Positions 57,110-64,000 of a stretch of 64,000 bases of DNA are shown piece after piece; position 1 is the first letter of the stretch; each line of letters starts with the position of its first letter. The position numbers and the translations under genes were made by a program. Under the pieces are notes generated by a model that worked only from the letters and a program-made list of their open reading frames with translations, ran no database searches and was not told the DNA's origin. The DNA is taken from positions 3,486 through 67,485 of the IMG/VR virus record IMGVR_UViG_3300030332_001481, one strand, 5' to 3'. This stretch comes from a virus (lineage: Duplodnaviria; Heunggongvirae; Uroviricota; Caudoviricetes).

Positions 57110-58210
57110 ATGACTAATCATGACTCTGGGACTGAAGACAGCACTGCCTTTGCATCACGTTTCGTGGACAAGTATCGACCCAAGGTACTTGATGACGTAG
57201 TAGGGCACGATCGCGTAGTTGAGAGCCTGAAGGGCATGGCCGCCTCTGGCAAGCTTCGTGGCAACACGATCTTGCTTTCTGGTCCCCACGGGCTTGGAAA
57301 GACCTCGATCGCTCGCGTCATTGCCCGCACTGTAGCCTGTGAGGAGCAGGGCGAGGTCCCGTGCGAGAAGTGCATGTCCTGTAAGCGGCCACTGGAGGCG
57401 CACGCAGACATCATGGAGGTCAACGCCGCCAGTACTCGCGGTATTGACGATGCACGCAACCTCATCGAAGCATCGAAGATGCGTCCACGCTTCGCTGGCA
57501 AGACATTCATCCTCGATGAAGCACACCAGCTGACAGCGCAGGCAGCCCAGAGTCTCCTCAAGGTGTTTGAGGAGCCTCCGCCCTACACGACCTGGGTGCT
57601 TTGTACTACCGAGCCCTACAGTATTCTCAAGACCATCAGGAGTCGCAGTTCCTGGTACAAGCTTGAGCCTGTAGCGACGAATATCCTCGCCAAGTTCTTG
57701 GCCAAGGTCGCCAAGAAGGAAGGATTGCCGGCATACAAGGAGGTCCTGTACTCCATCGCGGAGGTCGAGGATGGTCACGTTCGTGATGCCCTGCGCACCT
57801 TGGAGCAGGTCTACTCTAAGGTGGCACCCGAAGATAAAGAGGGTGCTCTCGCCTACGTGCCGGAGGCGAAGGATCAGATCAAGGTCGTGTCCGTGCGTCA
57901 GGTACTGGATAAGTACCTGAAGTCTCTAGTTGTGGGCGACGGAAAGGCCCTTGTTTACGCCCGTAAGGTCGAACACCCTGAGGCACTACTAACACAATCG
58001 TGTGCCTTCCTTATGGAGGCAGGTCTGGCCGAAAAGCAGCCAGGTCTCGTCACGAACCGAGGTGCTCATGCCTTTATCAGGCAGGTAACCATCGAGCAGA
58101 TAGCTAGGGCGCATGCGTCCCATCTAGACTGCCTGATCAAGATTCGCAATGGCGCTCCCGCTCAGGCCGTCTTGGACTCCATGATCCTATCCTGGATGGC
58201 AAAGAAGTGA
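57110..58210 (+). CDS. dnaX: DNA polymerase III gamma/tau-like clamp loader subunit
   Basis: KYRPKVLDDVVGH, GPHGLGKTS, CEKCMSC Zn module, EVNAASTRGIDD, ILDEAHQL, LLKVFEEPP, TIRSRS. Confidence 0.9.
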   Translation: MTNHDSGTEDSTAFASRFVDKYRPKVLDDVVGHDRVVESLKGMAASGKLRGNTILLSGPHGLGKTSIARVIARTVACEEQGEVPCEKCMSCKRPLEAHADIMEVNAASTRGIDDARNLIEASKMRPRFAGKTFILDEAHQLTAQAAQSLLKVFEEPPPYTTWVLCTTEPYSILKTIRSRSSWYKLEPVATNILAKFLAKVAKKEGLPAYKEVLYSIAEVEDGHVRDALRTLEQVYSKVAPEDKEGALAYVPEAKDQIKVVSVRQVLDKYLKSLVVGDGKALVYARKVEHPEALLTQSCAFLMEAGLAEKQPGLVTNRGAHAFIRQVTIEQIARAHASHLDCLIKIRNGAPAQAVLDSMILSWMAKK

Positions 58211-58569
58211 GCAAGTACAAACTAGATGTGCTTCTGGCATCTCGGCCACTGCAAGGTAACACCGCTTCGTCCGCAGAGGCCGCTGCCACCGACTGCAGCT
58301 ATTGCAGGTCCCCCTGCTGTCAGCTGCTCGTCGTCCTCTCGAAAGAGGAGGCACGTCGCTTCGCCTCTGAGGACCACGTCATCGATGGTGTGAAGCAGAA
58401 GATCCTTCAGCGTCGCAAAGAGGACGGGTACTGTGTGTACTACGTTCACGGTGAGGGCTGTTCCACCTACGACGACAAGCCGCGTGTCTGCGACATGTAC
58501 AGCTGTCGCACTGACTCTCGTATTACCGATTCCATGAAGTACCAGCTGTTTACTTACCCTGAGGGGTGA
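58207..58569 (+). CDS. YkgJ-family cysteine cluster protein (CxxCxxCC)
   Basis: CSYCRSPCC...CVYY...CSTYDDKPRVCDMYSC. Confidence 0.8.
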   Translation: MSKYKLDVLLASRPLQGNTASSAEAAATDCSYCRSPCCQLLVVLSKEEARRFASEDHVIDGVKQKILQRRKEDGYCVYYVHGEGCSTYDDKPRVCDMYSCRTDSRITDSMKYQLFTYPEG

Positions 58570-58572
58570 CTC

Positions 58573-60858
58573 TTGCGTACTGAGTTCGAGACACTTCGCC
58601 TGCAGAATGCGGGACCTTTCCGTGACTTGGTCACTGTTCCTCTCAAGGAGCAGGGCCTCGTCTCTATCCGTGGTCGCAACCTAGACGAGGGAGGGAGCAA
58701 TGGTTCTGGTAAGTCCTCTCTCTTTGAGTACTTCTACTGGCTTCTCACTGACAGTATCACTAAGACAGAGCGGAGAGTTTCTCCCAAGGACCTAGTGAAC
58801 CTTCATGTGGGTAAGGAGTCTGTCACAGCGGTCGACTGGACTCGTGATGGGAAGTACTTCTACGCGGAGAAGTTCCGGAAGGTAAAGGGCAGAGGCACGG
58901 GTCTCCTGCTTACTGAGGATGGGGTAGACATCACCCCTGACAACCCGACGGAGGCGAAGCGCAAGATCCTGTCCTCGGCTGGAATGACCAAGGATCAGAT
59001 CCTAGGGCACCTGTACCTCTCCCAGAAGTACATCCACACGATGATTCAGGGAAAGCCTTCGGCCAAGAAGGCATACCTGTCATCGTACTTCGGACTCAAC
59101 AAGTTCGATGCCCTCCTCAAGGAGAATCAGAAGCGCATCAACGCCATCCCGTTACCCAATGAGCGGGAGATCACGGACATGATGGACCACGTCAAGTCTG
59201 AGATCAAGGCGTTGGGGGATGTCAACGCTGCCAAGGTCAGGGCAGCAGAGGTCAAAGAGAACCTAGCCAGTCTTCGTGAGGATCAGCTGGAACTGAGGCA
59301 GGCCATTGCAGCCGTGGAGGCTGCCAAGCTCGTGGCCGCTGACCGATCCAGGTGGGAGAAGTACCTGAAGTCTAAGAAGATCTCCCCCGATCGTGACTCT
59401 ATCAAGGAGTTCTTGCGCAAGGGCAAGGCCAAGCTTCTAGCAAAGAAGGAGGCGGTAAAGCACTGCCGCCAGTACCGTTCCCTCTCCGCTGAACTAGCCT
59501 ACCTTCAGGCGGAAGTAGCAGACCGAGGTATTGTCGACGACCCCAGCGAAGAGCTGCGTGTTATCGACAGCCGCATACCCGCCCTTCGTCGCCGTAGGGC
59601 GCTGCAGGGTAAGCTTGATCTCACCGACAACCTTTCCAAGGTTCGAGCACTGAACATCGAGAAGGTCGCCGCGAAGCTGGACAGCAGCAAGGCGGAGCTT
59701 CTGAAGCTACAGGGTCAACTGTCGGCTGTCTCAGCAGAGCTGCAGAAGCTAGAGTCCGTGGACGACGTGTGTCACGCCTGCCTCAGGGATATCTCCCACT
59801 CAGCCAAAGAGTCCATGGTCTGTAATCGCCAGACCATTGTCTCAGCTGTCGAGCCCCAGATCAAAAAGCTCACCGCAACGGTGGCGAAGTACGAAAAGTA
59901 CCTCAGTGACCGCGAGGAAGTCGACGAAATAGACGATGAGCTTGCTGGCATCACGGTAGAGGGCGACTTGGATGCCGACCTCGCCCGCCTTAAAGAGCTA
60001 GAGCGACTCTCCAAACTCTACAAGGAGAGCAGGGACCTTATCAATCGACGAGATGTTGTTCAGCTGCGACTGAGCGAGATGGACGCCCCAGATGAGGGCT
60101 TCGATGTGGATAAGGTAGTGGCGTCCTTCGCAAAGATGGAAGAGGTGCTGAGCACTGTCTCCGACGCCTATGACTTCTTCGTGGAACACGGTAAGTCCTC
60201 GTACAACGAGTACGAGCACCAGAGGCTCGTATCCACCCAGACGCAGCTCGATAGTCAGCTACAGGAGCTGGAAGAGGAGCAGCTTTACCTCCAGGACATC
60301 GTCACCAAGTTCAAGGCTCTTCGTGCTCAAGAGAAGACTCTCAAGAAGTCCCTGGACCGGATCGCAGAGGAGAAGCAGCGCATTCGCGTGTCCAACTACA
60401 TCTCTGTTTCCCTTGGGGAGCTGAAGAAGTTGGGCCTACGCCAGAGCAGTCAGCTCCTGACTGACGTCCTGCCCCTGTACCTGGACCAGATGTTTCCCAA
60501 GGGGGAGATTTCACTCGGGGTCACCGATGACTCTGCGGGGTTTGACCTGGTGTTCAACAAGGGCGGGGCTGACATCCCCCTCACCTTGATTTCAGGGGGC
60601 CAGGAGAAGCGTGTAGGGTTGGCCATCATCTTGGCGTTTGCTAAGCTAGGCCAGCACCAGACCAACATGATCATCTTCGATGAGCCCTTCCGGGACTTGG
60701 ATGGACCCGGTAGGGAATGTGCGTACGAGATCATTAGGGACCTAGATATTTCTACGGTCTTCCTGACTTCGCATGAAGTCGACATGCAATCAGACCGTAA
60801 ATATGACCAGGTGTGGACGGTGGAGATGAAAGACCACCAATCACGCCTCATTAAGTAG
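58573..60858 (+). CDS. sbcC: SbcC/Rad50-like (T4 gp46-type) SMC ATPase
   Basis: GSNGSGKSS, coiled coil with CHAC zinc hook, ISGGQ signature, IIFDEPFRDLD, TSH. Confidence 0.9.
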   Translation: MRTEFETLRLQNAGPFRDLVTVPLKEQGLVSIRGRNLDEGGSNGSGKSSLFEYFYWLLTDSITKTERRVSPKDLVNLHVGKESVTAVDWTRDGKYFYAEKFRKVKGRGTGLLLTEDGVDITPDNPTEAKRKILSSAGMTKDQILGHLYLSQKYIHTMIQGKPSAKKAYLSSYFGLNKFDALLKENQKRINAIPLPNEREITDMMDHVKSEIKALGDVNAAKVRAAEVKENLASLREDQLELRQAIAAVEAAKLVAADRSRWEKYLKSKKISPDRDSIKEFLRKGKAKLLAKKEAVKHCRQYRSLSAELAYLQAEVADRGIVDDPSEELRVIDSRIPALRRRRALQGKLDLTDNLSKVRALNIEKVAAKLDSSKAELLKLQGQLSAVSAELQKLESVDDVCHACLRDISHSAKESMVCNRQTIVSAVEPQIKKLTATVAKYEKYLSDREEVDEIDDELAGITVEGDLDADLARLKELERLSKLYKESRDLINRRDVVQLRLSEMDAPDEGFDVDKVVASFAKMEEVLSTVSDAYDFFVEHGKSSYNEYEHQRLVSTQTQLDSQLQELEEEQLYLQDIVTKFKALRAQEKTLKKSLDRIAEEKQRIRVSNYISVSLGELKKLGLRQSSQLLTDVLPLYLDQMFPKGEISLGVTDDSAGFDLVFNKGGADIPLTLISGGQEKRVGLAIILAFAKLGQHQTNMIIFDEPFRDLDGPGRECAYEIIRDLDISTVFLTSHEVDMQSDRKYDQVWTVEMKDHQSRLIK

Positions 60859-60861
60859 TTC

Positions 60862-60897
60862 TACCCATTCTGGGTACTTTCGTACCCTTTCTGGGCA
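60862..60897. promoter_or_regulatory. Two imperfect 15-bp palindromes 21 bp apart, overlapping a GGGTAC-tttc-GTACCC-TTT hairpin
   Basis: TACCCATTCTGGGTA (60862-60876) and TACCCTTTCTGGGCA (60883-60897). Confidence 0.5.
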
Positions 60898-60919
60898 TCA
60901 ATAATCGAGTAATCATAGT

Positions 60920-62215
60920 ATGACTACACTAGTAGGTATTGCGTACACAGCGCCTGAGATCGCTGTGATGTCACTAGACCGTGAACTGTTCCGCGCCTTT
61001 GTCTACGAAGGGCGACCAGGGGAGCTTCACGCCTTTCTACAGTCTACGGATGACCGGCACAGTGTAGTGCTTCTCCGGAGCATCTCTGAGCTTGTACGCG
61101 TCCAGAACGTGGCAGGTGTAGGCGCCTTTCTGCTGTTCGATGAACCCTCTGTCATGGCAGAGATTGAGGGAATCAACCTCATCGACAGCGAGAAGGACGG
61201 CATTGTCTTCGCCAAGAGGCAAATCAGTGTTGCCGAGCTGAATGCGGCGCTCCTCCAGCCTGGCGAGTTCACAGTTCCTGAGGATTTGCGCTCGTCGGTC
61301 CAGAGGCTCAGCCAGTCCATCTCTCTGGTGCAGCTCCTAGACGGCATTGAGCCGTACGAAAAGGATCTGCCCACTGAGTGGTACACAACTGTGTGTTCGT
61401 ACTTGGCAGGTCAGCTACAAAAGCGGTCTTGGGTGGCACGCGGGCAGAAGCCTGCGCTGAGTGCCTCTGTCCCTGTGGAGAAGATCGCAGAGATAGAGAA
61501 GTTCATCCAGGACGCACCCTCGGGCGAGATGCTGTGGCGGGCCTACTACGACCACGTTGAGAACGACGTCCCTGTAGACGACGTCTGTGCTCAGTACGAG
61601 TGCCCTGCCGCTGACCTGGCCTACATGGTTAAAAGACTCGGCAGCAAGAAGGGTCACAAGTACTACCGCAGTCCCATGGACAAGCCCATGGTGATCAAGA
61701 AGAAGCGGAAGGTACGAAAGAAGAAGTCGAAGAAGGCCACCAAGGAGAAGGCACACACCCCCTCCCTCGGCAAGACACCTTCAGCGAAGCGTGGCGTCGT
61801 CTCCTCCAAGAAGGCCAAGACCGCAGATGAAGCTCCCGCTCATCCTATCCTGGCTCACGTCCGAGAAGTCACCCAGGCCACCAAGTCTCACGATTTCGTG
61901 AGACACGTCGCCGCTCGTGTGGTGGGGCTCACCTCCAAGCGCAGCTTCACCTTTGCCTGTAAAAGGGCTGTCAAGGGAGGAGGGAGCGAGGACCTGGTAG
62001 CCGCGGTGCAAGATTTCGTAGAGTCAGATACAGAGGGTCTCGTAGGCCCCGTTCGTGCCGCCTTTTGCCACTACTCCTACCATCGTGGAGTTAAGCCCAA
62101 GGATGCGGCAGAGAAGTACGGAGCCAGCACCTGGCTGTTCAAGCTGGTACTGGCGGCCAAGCCGCTGGCCTACGTGGCGACGTGGGCCGATTGGCCTGAG
62201 GAGGTAGCTAAGTGA
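60920..62215 (+). CDS. Hypothetical protein with Lys-rich linker and two HTH-like segments, 431 aa
   Basis: VPVDDVCAQYECPAADLAYMV and VKPKDAAEKYGASTWLFKLV; KKKRKVRKKKSKK linker. Confidence 0.65.
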   Translation: MTTLVGIAYTAPEIAVMSLDRELFRAFVYEGRPGELHAFLQSTDDRHSVVLLRSISELVRVQNVAGVGAFLLFDEPSVMAEIEGINLIDSEKDGIVFAKRQISVAELNAALLQPGEFTVPEDLRSSVQRLSQSISLVQLLDGIEPYEKDLPTEWYTTVCSYLAGQLQKRSWVARGQKPALSASVPVEKIAEIEKFIQDAPSGEMLWRAYYDHVENDVPVDDVCAQYECPAADLAYMVKRLGSKKGHKYYRSPMDKPMVIKKKRKVRKKKSKKATKEKAHTPSLGKTPSAKRGVVSSKKAKTADEAPAHPILAHVREVTQATKSHDFVRHVAARVVGLTSKRSFTFACKRAVKGGGSEDLVAAVQDFVESDTEGLVGPVRAAFCHYSYHRGVKPKDAAEKYGASTWLFKLVLAAKPLAYVATWADWPEEVAK

Positions 62216-62232
62216 GGTGAGGCGTTCCTTGT

Positions 62233-62499
62233 GTGGCCACGGTCTTATATGTAGAGTACGACCGTGAGTGGGCCTTACACATCCCCCAGGGGGCCTCCCA
62301 GCGGAGGCCCCACGAGTCGGGAAAGATTTTTGGTTCGAGGATGGCCAACAAGGACATCGACCGGCTCGTCACCAAGCTGGAAACGAAGCTACGCGAATCT
62401 GGGCTCAAGGGGACGCATCGTCCCCTGCGTAGCATCAAGAAGCTACGAAAGGCTCTGAAATCAGAGCCCAGCGAACCCTCGCGGGACGGTGTGGGGTAA
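62233..62499 (+). CDS. Small basic hypothetical protein, 88 aa
   Basis: GAGG upstream; clean ORF. Confidence 0.55.
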   Translation: MATVLYVEYDREWALHIPQGASQRRPHESGKIFGSRMANKDIDRLVTKLETKLRESGLKGTHRPLRSIKKLRKALKSEPSEPSRDGVG

Positions 62500-62514
62500 C
62501 CCTGGCCACACTAG
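62497..62514 (+). promoter_or_regulatory. Conserved 18-bp motif TAACCCTGGCCACACTAG, copy 3 (17/18 match)
   Basis: Begins at the upstream stop codon, in the intergenic gap before ATG 62567. Confidence 0.55.
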
Positions 62515-62566
62515 TTGGGATGAAGCCCGTTACAGTCCCCGTGGAGGGACAGAGAGTGTCTTACCA

Positions 62567-63004
62567 ATGAGTGCAGAGAACTTCGATTTCGACTTCCTGG
62601 AAGCTACCTCACTTTGTGAGGCGGATGTAACGAAGCGCATGCGCGAACAGCGACAGTTCCTGTGCGCCTCATGTGGGACCGTGGGTCTAACCAGAGAGTG
62701 TGGGTGTGAGGCTCCCAGCTGTGTTCCCTACATGGACATGCGCCCCCTACAACTAGGACCTACCGTGAGGACGAAGATTCTGGAGCTGATGGACGAGGCC
62801 ATCGACTCCGCCGATCAGACCGATGACCTGTCGTATGAGCACACTGTCCACACCGAGTACCTCCCCTTCTTGGCTCACTGCCTCAATCAGACGCAGCTGG
62901 CGGACATGCGCGTGGCCTCAGGCGGTGGAGGGTACCGCTCGTCTACGCTGAGCGACGATGAGATCATCGCTCTGATCATCGACCAGAGGCTTCCCGCGAA
63001 ATGA
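62567..63004 (+). CDS. Hypothetical Cys-cluster protein (CxxC...CxC)
   Basis: LCASCG...ECGC; ATG 62567 preferred. Confidence 0.6.
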   Translation: MSAENFDFDFLEATSLCEADVTKRMREQRQFLCASCGTVGLTRECGCEAPSCVPYMDMRPLQLGPTVRTKILELMDEAIDSADQTDDLSYEHTVHTEYLPFLAHCLNQTQLADMRVASGGGGYRSSTLSDDEIIALIIDQRLPAK

Positions 63005-63192
63005 GCTGTTGCCGTGCCTCGCAGGTAGGGGCAGATAAGCAGGCTCTCGACGCGCTGCGGGCAGCCGTAGAAGCGCTTGAGTCTCGGTCAGACGACAAGA
63101 TTCGCCAAGACATGTCCATGGTCATCAAGAAGAGTCTGTACGATCGCCTGCTGGCTCAGGCAGTTCGTGTCACGAAGCTGACGGAGGAGTAA
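63001..63192 (+). CDS. Hypothetical protein, 63 aa
   Basis: ATGA coupling. Confidence 0.55.
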   Translation: MSCCRASQVGADKQALDALRAAVEALESRSDDKIRQDMSMVIKKSLYDRLLAQAVRVTKLTEE

Positions 63193-63194
63193 AA

Positions 63195-63563
63195 TTGGCT
63201 AAGAGCTATCCCACACGGGTAGAGAAGAGCTTCAGCTCTCTACTGACTTCATTGGGGAAGGAAGGTTTCCTCTCCGATCCTATCATCACTGGTGCGCTGG
63301 GCGAACTTCGCACGGCCCTGTGCACGGACGGTTTTCAGTTGGCCACGGTTGGTCCCGAGGAGAATTCAGTGTCAGTTCTTATGGTTAGCATGGCGTCTGA
63401 GACGGACGCACAGCGACTCTGCGCGTTCTTCGATGGAAGTAATACTCACGTTCGTACGCTGACTCGATCTGGACGTGCCTACGTTCTAATCAGTGATGCT
63501 CCCCTCACGCGTGAGGCTGCCGCCGAGGCACTGAAGGAATACAAGGAGTCTGTCTCGGTATGA
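63195..63563 (+). CDS. Hypothetical protein, 122 aa
   Basis: TTG start after GGAG. Confidence 0.6.
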   Translation: MAKSYPTRVEKSFSSLLTSLGKEGFLSDPIITGALGELRTALCTDGFQLATVGPEENSVSVLMVSMASETDAQRLCAFFDGSNTHVRTLTRSGRAYVLISDAPLTREAAAEALKEYKESVSV

Positions 63564-64000
63564 GCGCCCTTCCCGCGGAAGAGTACGGAAACCTATCTTT
63601 CGACGATCTGACCCTCAAGGAGGCAGCTGAGAGAGCTGTATACAAGCTGCAGGCCAGGTTGCGCGTGATGGGGGTACAGCCCTCAGATCAGGTGTATAAG
63701 AAGGTCTTGGCACTGCGTGACAGCATGAGGAAGAACAAGCTGAAGAAGTACGACTTTCAGCTCGTCAAGACCAGTACGCTGCATCCTGCTGCCCCCATTG
63801 TTATCGAGGATGACAAGAGTGACCTCGTGGCGGAGGTCATCGCCCTGAAGAGTGGTCTCCCCTTCAAGTCTAAAGAGGTTAAGGTCCTCCCAAGTGGATT
63901 CATTCACGTGAAGGTCATTCACTTTGGCCCCTCCGACTATTTCAGGGTCGACCCTGGACCAAACGCCTCCGTAACCAGGCATGGGTTCCAGCGTGAGCTG
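63560..64000 (+). CDS. Hypothetical protein, 3' truncated (MSALPAEEYGNLSFDD...)
   Basis: ATGA overlap; 147 codons open to the window end; absent from the ORF track. Confidence 0.7.
   Translation, partial: MSALPAEEYGNLSFDDLTLKEAAERAVYKLQARLRVMGVQPSDQVYKKVLALRDSMRKNKLKKYDFQLVKTSTLHPAAPIVIEDDKSDLVAEVIALKSGLPFKSKEVKVLPSGFIHVKVIHFGPSDYFRVDPGPNASVTRHGFQREL

Noticed and set aside
1216-63563. Many genes lacking a Shine-Dalgarno sequence
   Set aside because: Many of these starts overlap the upstream stop (ATGA, GTGA, TGATG, TAATG), consistent with ordinary translational coupling
1-64000. Stop-codon reassignment (alternative genetic code)
   Set aside because: TAA, TAG and TGA all end genes flush with the next start, and conserved enzymes are full length in code 11
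1-64000. CRISPR array, tRNA, rRNA, DGR (TR/VR plus RT), integrase or att site
   Set aside because: No regularly spaced repeats, cloverleafs, RT or recombinase motifs seen by eye; small RNAs could have been missed without tRNAscan or Infernal

Overview
A 64-kb internal segment of a large contractile-tailed (myovirus-type) dsDNA bacteriophage. GC is roughly 55-60% by eye. Essentially every gene is on the + strand and tightly packed, using the standard genetic code. Layout: (i) 0.1-18 kb baseplate, tail-fibre and spike genes with a possible holin/spanin-like membrane trio; (ii) 18-37.6 kb a 1423-aa SNF2-type helicase, a family-A DNA polymerase fused to an N-terminal UDG-like Fe-S domain, GyrB- and GyrA-type topoisomerase subunits, dNMP kinase and an orphan DNA methyltransferase, interleaved with exported or membrane enzymes (SGNH esterase, metzincin protease, fatty-acid hydroxylase, lytic transglycosylase); (iii) 38.9-51 kb tail sheath, tail tube, a very acidic protein, tail assembly chaperone with a CCCTTTA -1 frameshift site, and tape measure; (iv) 51-64 kb HNH-RHH protein, vWA/metallopeptidase plus MoxR AAA pair, a divergent sigma-factor-like protein with a Cys4 insertion, DnaX-like clamp loader, YkgJ-type Cys protein, SbcC/Rad50 ATPase and hypotheticals. 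I saw no capsid, terminase, integrase, tRNA, rRNA or CRISPR array, and the host cannot be determined. The most promising leads are the Zn-loop sigma-like factor with a 3-copy 18-bp motif, the exported SGNH plus lytic transglycosylase pair, the PolA-UDG/DnaX replisome, and shared SR(K)TA and helical-hairpin motifs in putative internal virion proteins. All family assignments come from motifs recognised by eye; no database searches were run.
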